Of a stretch of 64,000 nucleotides of DNA, positions 12,160 to 22,596 are shown in pieces. Position numbers and translations under genes: made by a program. The notes below the pieces were generated by a model. It saw only the letters and a list, made by a program, of their open reading frames with translations, was not told the DNA's origin and did no database searches. Location: NCBI GenBank assembly GCA_024704765.1, contig JAKMXF010000299.1, positions 1,027,353 to 1,091,352 of the forward strand, read 5' to 3'. Position 1 is the stretch's first letter; each line of letters starts with the position of its first letter. Source of the stretch: Oopsacas minuta. Lineage: Eukaryota > Animalia > Porifera.

Positions 12160-13491
12160 ACGGATGAGCACTAAAATGTTAGACATATTTTATAGTTCAC
12201 TATAACAACGAGATATTTCCAAATTCATAAATCTTTGTTCACCAATGAATTACTTGTATATAGATTTCAAATTCAAACCATTTGAGATTATTTTAGAATA
12301 TAGCATCTGGAAATGGATCATTTGAAAGTGACACAACGGTGACACATTATTGGACAATTTCATCGTAAAAATTATGAGCATGGGATTTCTTATACAGTTA
12401 AGCATTTTTTGGCGTTTGGAATCGCAAGATCTACTATCTACAACATCATTTCTACTATCAAGAATAGAGGAACCGTACACAGGAAGTTGGGTAGTGATCG
12501 CAAGTCTGTCAAAATGCTTAAGAGGCTCCGGCGATCTCTATTGTGCAAAATTAGCAATAAAATAGGGGTCACCACCAGAAAAATGGCTCGAAAATTCGAT
12601 ATCTCTCAATCATATGTTCGTAAGATTATCAAAGAGAATAATGTTGCATATCGTAAACATAAGCGAGTCCCAGATAGTAAACCCGAACAAGAATTGAGGG
12701 CTAAGTCTGGGTGTCTAAAATTACGGAGAGACTTTTTTCCCCATCAAGCACAACTCAAATTGTAATGGATGACGAATCGTTTTTCGGACTAAAGGATGAC
12801 AATATCCATGTCAATAAGGGTTATTTTATTTCAAATCTCTCTCAGCCAAGTTTCTGAATCCTAGAATCAGTTATATTCATAAATCCAAGTACCCACCTAA
12901 ACTTTTAATTTGGTTTGCAATTTCGAAAGAAGGCATATCGGAGCCATACTTTGTCCTCGGAATCTTTCAGTTACTGGCGAAATTTACCGAAATTAATGCA
13001 TAAAAAAGCATCTAATTCCTTTCTTGGAAAAGTTTCATGATGAGGGTGAATATTACTTCTGGCCTGATATAGCAAGTAGCCAATTATGCAAAAGATACGC
13101 TTAAACTTCTTGAAGATCTAAATATCCCATATATTCCAAAATCTGCTAATCCTCCTAATATACCTCAATTAGCTAATTGAGGATTTCTGGGGTAATTTGA
13201 AATCCAAAGTTTATGAAGGTGGGTGGGAAGCCAAATCCTTCAGAATGCTGAAGCAAAGGATTCGGAAATCAATCAGGCAAGTGGAATTTTCAATTGTCTA
13301 AAGGCGATTTTCAAGTGTCAAGACGAATATCCGAAAATCTACAGACAATGGCCCATTAGCAGCGATCAATTGAGTTCTAGCTAAATTAAAATGTAATTAA
13401 ACAAATATGATCGAATTATACGATACTCTGTTGATAATTGTTACATGCTTAAACTGGATGAAATTTGTCTAATTTTTTAGTGCTCACCCGT
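12160..13491 (+). mobile_element. IS630/Tc1/mariner element, about DD37E spacing, degenerate
   Basis: TIRs ACGG(A/G)TGAGCACTAAAA with TA on both sides; HTH ORF 12409-12765; MDDES, WPDIASSH, NPPNIPQ..IEDFW motifs; 1332 bp. Confidence 0.85.
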
Positions 13492-14632
13492 TAATTATGA
13501 TACTTTATATGAAAATTGTTGGATATTATGTAAATGCTGATTATGCTCGTTTGGTCTATTGTAAATATTCACTATTTAGTAATATTGTATTGAATAATTG
13601 CTCATTTGTGCTCCAATTTTGTTACTAATTAGAATTATCGAGTCCAATTCATAATCGTTTATTCGGAATTATTCTTCACCTCACTTCATCTAAATTATGG
13701 ATGTTTTACTTCCGTCTATGTTGATCCCTTTTCCAATAATATCGATTATTCCTGATCGATGAAGTTCAATGAAGTTATTAAGATATCTTCCCGCTGTAGC
13801 AGTCCAGAATATACCCTGATAGGATAATACAATACCAGAGTTTATTAACTACAGAGTCTTGCTTAGGAATTTAATGGATTAGCTTGAATCCTACAATGGG
13901 TAACGTAGCAGTGACTCTTAAAACGTTATTTATGCTGTGGGGACAGATTTAAATGGAATATATGTTTTTCCCCTGATTGTTGTCCCATTTTATCTTGCTA
14001 GACTAGAAAGTATAAAATCATGGCTAGGACAGAAGACATCCGAATATATTCTCGAACATCTCGGCGTATAGACATTTTATACGCGAGTAAGCATGTATTG
14101 TAATATATTGTAAAAAAGTATAAAAATCAGAAGCAATAAACAGGAATTTTGGCCTACAAGATCGTATACTCTACAATTTATGGTGACAATTGTCAGTTTT
14201 TTCCCTGGACAGTCCACGTTTTTTGGGTCAATTTTGGCTATGTCTAACTAGTTTTATTGATTGCCCAGTTTTTTTAGCTGACCAGTTACTTCACCTATAA
14301 AATTTGTGACTCTATTTCCATCATTTTACCGCGATTTTGGGTAGATTGCTTTACCACACATTGTAACAAATACATATATTGATATTTGTTTCTTTTAAAT
14401 GACATACAGAACTACCGACATAAATTCATTAAGTGGGTTGTCCAGTTTTTTCTTAAGTGCTTCACAGGTAAACTCCAGTTATTTTTCGGAAAACCTGAAA
14501 TGTCCATGTTTTTGGTAAAACCCTTCTGGTCACCCAACACTATATCTAACTGGATTCTCAAACTATATACCACTCAATTGAAATTCCACAAGTATTGTAT
14601 TAGGTATACTACTCTGATATTGATTTTACGTA

Positions 14633-14835
14633 CAGTGGAAGCCGCTTAATTGGGACAGCTCGGGAGTCAATGTTTTGTCCCGATTAACCGATTATGATTA
14701 TTGAAGTATTCAAAACTAGGTTTTCATTGTCACATGACCAGGTATATCTTATTTCTCTATTACTAATCCTGATTTATCTAAGTCTAGTAGAGATTTGGTT
14801 GTAGTATGGGTATAGTTCCTCTTCAAGAGGTCATA
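14633..14835 (+). mobile_element. pogo/Tigger-like MITE end; near-identical inverted copy of 22393-22596
   Basis: TA+CAGTGGAAGCCGCTTAAT; about 4 differences over about 203 bp relative to the reverse complement of 22393-22596. Confidence 0.8.
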
Positions 14836-15305
14836 TTCGCTAATTCAAGCAGTTTTTATGTGACTATATTTTCTGTATGAGCATAATTATGTGTCCAACC
14901 ACTACCATAATTAATGAAATTTGATCATATGTAGCCTGATAGAAAGTTCTACGTAATATAGTCTGAAACGAAACAGTTTATAGCTAGTTGAGTTATGATG
15001 TTTGCATATAGTAAGCTAATTTAGATGTAAATATAAAGAATTTAGATTGCTATGATAAGGTGTACCTGGTCAGGGATTCAGGATATTCGTTCAATGATTA
15101 CTACATATATGATTATGACATTACTTGCCTTAATTTTAGGATTCAAACTTCAAACGATGTGTAACGAAGGTCCCTGAAATTTGACAACCTCCTCTTTATG
15201 TCATTGTTTACTTCCAAAAGCGTATGCTATAACACTTTGATTACCACCCCTTCACTTTACCGCATACGCCCAAGTGACCAGCTTTTGCAACAATAATCTG
15301 TATAC

Positions 15306-15825
15306 CAGTGCTGTTATCCCAAAATTTAAAGTGAGGGAGCGCTAAATGCTCGCTCAAATTTGGTTCAGCTTAGTTTAATAATTTACTCAGCAATTAATAG
15401 TAAAAAATACCCGCTATAAATTACTATTAGAGATACGAATTTTTGTTTGTTTACTAAACACTAGAACTAAAACCCCATATCTAAAAATGTACAATTTGAG
15501 TAGCTTCTTTGGGTACTTTAGAAAAATAATTCTCAAGAATACTTTCTTTTCTGTCCATTGCAAGATAAAAATCTTTAATTATGATACTACAATTATCTAA
15601 AAATGACAAATAAGGACAAATATATAATACGTATACCACAATAAGATCAAATTCTATTGTTGTATTAAAGAAATATTCAACATGTGGTAAATCAGAAATT
15701 TACACTTGGTTCTTTCAGGATTTCACTCCAAAAAAATAAGCGCGCCCCCTCTAAGAAGGAGCGCCCAACTCAGTAAAAAAGGTATGGGGCGGTGCCCCCC
15801 CCGCGCCCCCTCTATAACAGCACTG
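15306..15825. mobile_element. hAT-type MITE
   Basis: 12-bp TIR CAGTGCTGTTAT / ATAACAGCACTG; perfect 8-bp TSD CTGTATAC (15298-15305 and 15826-15833). Confidence 0.9.
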
Positions 15826-16801
15826 CTGTATACGATATTTACAAATTTCGAACTGAGTTATAATTTTCTTCGAAACTATTATCATTACATAACTATATTC
15901 ATATTCAACAATAAACTGTATTAACAATCGCATGACTGTAGGAGACCGTCCATTCAGATTTCAACCTGACCAGCTTTTTAATGGTTAGTATATACTACTG
16001 TGAGTATGGGGAAATCTGACCAACTTTTCCTGGGGTGCATATACAGGTATAGCAATATAGGTGATCTGACAATTCAATTGTCTGCTAAAGGCCTGTAAAT
16101 GGTGCGATGCCCAGCATTTCGACTAAAACAGGTTGGTGTCAGGTCTATGTTACCAGCGTTAGGCAACTTCTAAGTATACGACTATACAAGTATAATACAC
16201 GAACTGTGGATTCTTTTCAAGAATAAGATATACATCTATTGTAGAATAGATTCTGCATAAGAACAAATATAGCCTCGTGTTTAGTTTATATAATTTATCA
16301 TGGCTACATTTCACAGCAGAGAATCAATTTAGAAACTCCTACGCATATAATTGACTGTTTGCAAATGCACCTGTAGATATCATCTATTACAAGGATCTTT
16401 GTTCAGCTCAAAGTAGGACTATTTCTACTTTTGGCAAGTCCCCATTCACAAAGCACAATGAACAATTTCAAAGTCACTGTGTTATGTGGAATAATATATA
16501 GAAATTGCACGAGACAGCCCGAAAGTAATCGCAACGTTTATGCCCAGCCCTCTTTGAACATTCCTGAAACCGCGAAGCGAGAGGGAGGGCAATTTTCACC
16601 AAATTTTCGAATTAGTAGACGAATTCAAACGAATTTATCAATGGGAATCCAAATCAGTTCAATTAGATACATAGACAATAAATTAATTTGTACTTCAAGA
16701 ATGTAAAATTATATTTAAAGATAGTAACAGAGGTCTACAAGAGAAGTTATGATTACTGATGAAATCAGGAAAAATAATGTTGAATAATTACACTAACTGC
16801 T

Positions 16802-17899
16802 TCATGAATTAAATATAGACATCCACTGACTGTGAGAAGAATTTTGAGACAAAAGTGTTCGAGACCCAACCCCGAAATGTTTCATGTTAAATAGATGTGG
16901 TTGCAATATAGTATTGGATAGAGATATCCATGAAGGAATACTAAAGAGTGTAAATGCAAATATAAACATAAATAATGCTGGATTCCCTTTAGAAATATTA
17001 GGGACATACGAAGAAATATAAGATTTCATTCTCTTAACAGTTGTAATCAAGTGCACGTTTTGTCTCTCTAATTCACCAACACGCCTTTGTAATTCCGAAT
17101 TAAGGGAAGTTGTTTGTTGAACTCTCTCTTCCAATCCATCGAGATAGTCCTTCTTCCGTTTTCTACTCTCTGCAGCTGAAAGTTTATTCTTAATCCTCCT
17201 CTTAACCTGTTTGATATGTCTTTCTTCTGTTTTCGTCAGGGTACGAACGTTTTCAGGTATTACAACACCTTCATTTCTAAGTATAAATTTTTCATCTTCA
17301 GTCAGCTTAAGAGGTTTCGGTTTTCGACCAGGTTTATTAACTTGTATATCCGAATCAATATATGTCGAACTGTCTACTGCATTAATTGAAAATTGAGCAT
17401 ATGAATCGGCATTGGAGCAGTTCTCAATTGTATATAAGTAATCATAACCGTGTTGACATTGGTTTGTTTTATGGTCCTGTGTATGATGAAATTCAGGTAA
17501 AGAATAGTTGACCGAATCATTCGCAGAAAGATGTGGCGAGTTTGAGGTAGAGTTAAGGTGTATCGCCTCATTTGAATTACGATCAAGGTGCAAAAATTCA
17601 TTAGAAAAAAAATTATCATCCTGAATAGGTAAAAGCAAATCCTCAACCTGAGTAAAACTTGTAGGATCAAAGGAAATATCATGAAACGTCTCAAATTCAC
17701 CAATAAGTGGTTTCTCTGTATACAGTTGAGACAAGGGGTTTTGAATGTTAATGCTATCAGGTAATGTATCATTACAAAGATGGTGGATTGTTTCAGAAGT
17801 AATACTTCTATATGGATTGGTAAAAGGATCGTCAGTACAAAGATCAGATTGTTGCTTGTGAATAGTTGTAGAATCACAATTATGGGTTTTACGATACAT
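16802..17899 (-). CDS. CREB3: CREB3/OASIS-family membrane-anchored bZIP transcription factor, intronless, 365 aa
   Basis: ATB domain LTEDEKFILRNEG..LTKTEER, basic region RRIKNKLSAAESRKRKKDYLDGLEERV, leucine zipper, TM segment PALFMFIFAFTLFSIP, S1P site RTLL. Uninterrupted ORF. The exact paralogue (CREB3 or CREB3L1-4) cannot be assigned. Confidence 0.88.
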   Translation of the reverse strand: MYRKTHNCDSTTIHKQQSDLCTDDPFTNPYRSITSETIHHLCNDTLPDSINIQNPLSQLYTEKPLIGEFETFHDISFDPTSFTQVEDLLLPIQDDNFFSNEFLHLDRNSNEAIHLNSTSNSPHLSANDSVNYSLPEFHHTQDHKTNQCQHGYDYLYTIENCSNADSYAQFSINAVDSSTYIDSDIQVNKPGRKPKPLKLTEDEKFILRNEGVVIPENVRTLTKTEERHIKQVKRRIKNKLSAAESRKRKKDYLDGLEERVQQTTSLNSELQRRVGELERQNVHLITTVKRMKSYISSYVPNISKGNPALFMFIFAFTLFSIPSWISLSNTILQPHLFNMKHFGVGSRTLLSQNSSHSQWMSIFNS

Positions 17900-17929
17900 C
17901 GAAAGGGTGATCGTATATAGTAACTATCG

Positions 17930-18218
17930 AATTAAATCAAATCAAATATTTCAAATATTATAATTAAAATCAAATATTTCAAATCATATATTTCGAATCA
18001 TATATTTCGAATCAAATATCTGATTTCAAATGTTGCACCGTAAATTGCGAAAAGCGGTTAATTGGGACACATTTGCTAGGACAATTCTTCCGAGTCTACT
18101 GTATTTCCAATTAAATATTTGATTGAAATATCCCAAATCAAATATTCAAATAAAATAAAATAATTTCGAAGATCAAATCAATTCAAATCAAATAGTGTTT
18201 GATTTGATTACAACACTG
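17930..18218. repeat. Degenerate (ATCAAATATTTC)-type repeat cluster, probably MITE-derived, split by a Tigger-like end (about 18030-18102)
   Basis: Repeated AAATCAAATATTTC/TTTCGAATCA units; ends in TTACAACACTG (hAT-like); internal CCGAGTCTACTGTA end. Confidence 0.45.
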
Positions 18219-18935
18219 GATCATCGTTGAAAAATCTCACAAAGGGAGAATATTCAGAATCATGTGATTAGTGATAGTAAATTAATATTCAAGTGATAAA
18301 TTTCGAGGTATTGAAATTATTGAGAATACTACCCAGGAGCTAATAGGATGCTCAATCCAGAAAATTAATTAAACAATAGCTTAGGACGCTCCATAAGGAG
18401 TATGATTTACGACCAAATGTACTTTGGAGCTTAGATATTGATAATCTTCCTTCAATATATGAAATCATTTGCATCCTAATAGTAAATAATCAGAAGAATA
18501 GCCAAAAATTGAAATAGGATTTCTAATCCGACGACTAGAGTATTGTACCAGAAGGTGATCTCGTCACTAATTAGCTCTAACACAGCAGGGCCGTTGCAAG
18601 CAGGCCAAGTTAACCTATGTAATTATATATGGAGCCACCAAAAGTTGGTCCGATTGACTAATATTATTTGTATTAGCAGACAAATGTTGGTAAACCGGAC
18701 CGTCTCCTACGGCCATGTACAAGGGGCACAGATGGGTACTTCAGTAGAAATAGGCAGGTATATATAGTTACATACACGAAATAATTCACTTATAGTAAAT
18801 CGATAGTAATAAATCGATTAGAGACAATAAATTTTATATAGAAGTAGTATGTAAATTCTTTGGCTTGACTTTTGACAAATTTATAGGTATAATATTTTAT
18901 GGTTATAATATTTATTAAATATTGACAACCTATAA

Positions 18936-19082
18936 CAGGGTTCTCAACTATCAGGATTTCGTCGTGAGTCTCACGATTTCGGGTCTACAAATACTGCAAA
19001 ATTTATGGTCTTTTCAAAGAAAACTAATACTAAATTGCATATCTCACGATTTAGATTCACGGGTTGAAACTTGAGAGCCCTG
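18936..19082. mobile_element. Short hAT-like MITE
   Basis: TIR CAGGGTTCTCAA / TTGAGAGCCCTG; no matching 8-bp TSD seen. Confidence 0.55.
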
Positions 19083-19309
19083 CCATGAGTATAAAAATAT
19101 TCTTCAAATAAGGGGGAATTGGGGAAAACAATTGGGCTGAAAGAGAGTGAACGGTTTTGGTATTCGATATACGACTCAATTATGGTACAAATTCGTCATA
19201 GTTATGTGTATAATCTAAAACATTCCATTCCTGCGATCAAGGGTGTTTCTAAGCTATAAAATCCATCGATGATAATGCAATTAATATGGAACATAGCTAT
19301 AGATAGAAC

Positions 19310-19480
19310 TCCATTTTAGCTTCAACTGTGTATAGTACTAGTATGCATAACTTGATGTACAATGTACAGTATTGACTAGGATCAAGTTTCGTTTATATTC
19401 TAATGTACTACAAAACATTATAAACAAACTCATGCATAAACGACTTTTGACATTTGGGCTATGTTTGTTGTTTTTCTATG
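19310..19480. repeat. Dispersed repeat; uninterrupted version of the sequence that hosts the mariner at 25263-27938
   Basis: Shares CAGTATTGACTAGGATCAAGTTTC..TCTAAT.TACTAC with about 25150-25262 and TTTTGACATTTGG.CTA.GTTTGTTGTTTTT with about 27939-28000. Confidence 0.7.
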
Positions 19481-19597
19481 CACATTTCGATTTTACTGTG
19501 CCAACTATACTTTAATACAGTAGCACAGTACTAAAATGGTTGCCTATATTTTTTCTTTTTACTGTGCCGACTCTACTTTAGTATAGTGGCCCAGTAT

Positions 19598-19975
19598 TGA
19601 ATTTGTTTTTCTCCGTGAAAGGCCTGCAGCCAAAATTGGATAGAATTAAGGTGATATATGGTGTGAGAACTATTGAATATAGTCTTCGGGTGTGCATCCC
19701 CCTTTGCTTATCAATCGGACACCATGTGCCATTATTTCACACTAGTCAAACCTTTGTCTGGCCTCTGGCAAAAATGATAAAAGGAAAGGTGCCAAAATTT
19801 CACACCTTTTGAAAGAGAAAGAAATTCTATACCTTCGTACCTTTCTTGAATTTTATATTGGTTATAGCTTTTTTGCTGCAAGTAAATGAAAAATATTCAT
19901 TATATAGCACTATGTCATCGGTAATTCTATTGTTCTTAGATGCTAAATATTTATTAGTTAAGTAGGGAATTTATT
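19598..19975. repeat. Dispersed non-coding repeat, inverted copy at about 50535-50905
   Basis: Collinear blocks such as CTGCAGCCAAAATTGGATAGAATTAA, AATCGGACACCA, AAAGGAAAGGT, TATAGCACTATGTCATCGG..TTCTATTGTTCTTAGATGCTAAA. Confidence 0.8.
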
Positions 19976-20750
19976 TTGAAAAAGAAAGTGCACAACTGCT
20001 GAAATCTCAACTCCCTCTCCCAAATTCAGGTAAAATACTAAATAACTCATTTAAAATTTTGTCTTTTAATTACAATATTTAATTGCAATTATCCCTTTAG
20101 TTCGCTGAACTTGAGCACGAATTATGTAGACGATTACTGAAAGAGATATAGAAAGGAATCCGTTCTCAGTGGTAATGAAGATCTTGAATATGAAGATCCT
20201 GAGATCTTCGAATTTAACTCAGGTGTAAGTAGTATTTTTGTTAAACGTAGTTCACACTGATCAATTTGCAATGCTATATTTATTGTTATTCTTATTGGTC
20301 TAAGTCGCAGATCCAGCAATGTGAAAATGAGACTCCAGAGTTGATAGGTTGGTACCATGTATAATAATTTGTTCACTCGTACTAAACTTATTATATATTA
20401 GATCTATAAGTATTCAAAAAAGTAGTTTGAGGCTGATGAGCGCCAGATAAACTCATAACGAAGATTGTTTCAATCACGGTTAATTTTAACTTTCCCAAAG
20501 ATTTAAAAACTCTAAAATGACAATCACTGTATAATTACTTGTAGCCACAACTTATGGAATCAGTAAGATATCACAGACTACTAAATACATTTCAATCAAG
20601 GCTTCAAGATGAGTGGTACTCTAATCCCAATCACTGAGAAATGAACCAGTTTATGCATGCTGTTACTACGTGAAACGGCGGATAGTGAAATGGTAGGTAT
20701 ATAATCAGGTGTCATAACAGAGTTTTATAATCTTGTAGTGTAGTCAAGTA

Positions 20751-20941
20751 CAGTAGAAGCTCGTTAATATGTACACCAAGGGACAGTCGAGATTTGTACT
20801 CCTTATCCGGAGTACGTATTAACCGGTGTACTAGAACTGGAGTAAATTGAATATCCATTGTACGGACTAAAATTGTGTAAAATTGTGTTAGTCTTACCAG
20901 AAATTCGCAATAAATGTGTTCGTATTAACGAAGTTTCACCT
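20751..20941. mobile_element. pogo/Tigger-like MITE (degenerate)
   Basis: TA+CAGTAGAAGCTCGTTAAT left end; degenerate GTATTAACGAAGTTTCACCTTA right end. Confidence 0.55.
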
Positions 20942-21852
20942 TATGCGATTACAAATTCAAGGATAATGAGCTGAAGTGTTGACGAGTTTCTTTTTGCTAA
21001 TTATGTTATGTTAATATCTAATATAATATATACGTATTATATTTATTAATCAGAACAGATATTTCGATTAGTAGTTGATATAGTGAAGGAAGCATGATAG
21101 ACCAAGATAAAACTTCTATAATTCCAACTAATTTTGCCTACCAAGTTCTACTACCCACTCTAAGTAGTAACTACTGATTATTGTTCATAGAGAATTCTAG
21201 TAAGTGTTTTATTCGATAAATGGTTATGTTCCGAATAGTTGGACGATATTTTCCATACAGAATTTGATTTCACTGGTGAAATAGAGAATAGAGGTGATTT
21301 GCTATTTCTTTATTTATTTGAATGAAATTAATATACTATATTAAATTATCATGTCAATTACAGTCTGTGACGCTTAGTTTTTAATGTATGTCTCTTATCT
21401 TTGCAAAGATTCACTGAATAGATTTTTATCTATAAAATATAACATTAAGATGTCATTCGAATTATTTAATCATATTCTATGATAATTTTTATTATACATA
21501 TATCTATATACAGGGCCTGCCGCAAGGATTTATAAGTGGTCCGCGTGAAATCTCACTTCCCATAGAAACAGTACTAGCAGCACCAACCGGAACGGTGGCG
21601 CTGGCGCTAATTTTTATATAGTATATATTTATCAAGGTTGCAACCGAATAGTTCAATATTCGGTTAGGGCTACAATTCATGAAAACTGATATTCATCTCT
21701 GGCGGTTTCAACCTTGTTATATATATAAATATATGTATATATATATCACTTTAGGCCTGTATACACCTGAACAGATGCTAAAGTAAGAATTTGTGAGCAC
21801 AATGTATTTTCCACGTAATTGTTTGGAAATTTTATTAAGAACAAAGTATATA

Positions 21853-22596
21853 CAGTAGAAGCAGCTTAATCGGGACTCGGATAATCGGGATATCCGCTTA
21901 AACGGGACAGTGGTTTGGGAACATATTTTTTACATAGAAAAATCGTCGGATAATTGGGACATCGAATCGGTTAATCGGGATTCTTTATCCCGATTACCCG
22001 AGAATTTGTAAGTTCATAATCGGTTATTCAGGATTTCTTATCCCATTAACCGAATATTAATTGTATTCGCTTAATTGGGATTTCTATCCCAATTTGACGA
22101 TTGTATATTTATTCAGAATCATTGTAAAATGGTTTGTTGTAAAACTAGGAATTTGAATATTATCTACAACTATAACAATACAACAGCAATGCGATTACAA
22201 TTTACTAAACTAAGATTAGTAACATTGCTCGCTCGCCTCAGGTTCCATTGGCTATTCCATCGTGTATAATTCCCTCAATAATGGCCAGACTGTTGGATAT
22301 CCAAACGTTTTGCATGGGTTGCAGTAATAAACACATGCATAATTATTTAAACTATATTTTCTTATTTTTTAAGTATATACCGTAACGCATTCTATGACCT
22401 CTTGAAGAGGAACTATACCCATACTACAACCAAATCTCTACTAGACTTAGATAAATCAGGATTAGTAATAGAGAAATAAGATATACCTGGTCATGTGAGA
22501 ATGAAAACCTAGTTTTGAAAACTTCAATAATCATAATCGGTTAATCGGGACAAAACATTGACTCCCCGAGCTGTCCCGATTAAGCGGCTTCCACTG
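21853..22596. mobile_element. pogo/Tigger-like MITE ends (one element, or two half-elements around host DNA)
   Basis: TA+CAGTAGAAGCAGCTTAATCGGGAC left, GTCCCGATTAAGCGGCTTCCACTG+TA right; internal tandem AATCGGGA units to about 22080. The middle may be host sequence. Confidence 0.7.

Noticed and set aside
16280-16706. Coding-like plus-strand stretch convergent with CREB3 (FELVDEFKRIYQWESK etc.)
   Set aside because: Multiple stops and frameshifts and no recognisable family; cannot be supported without a search.
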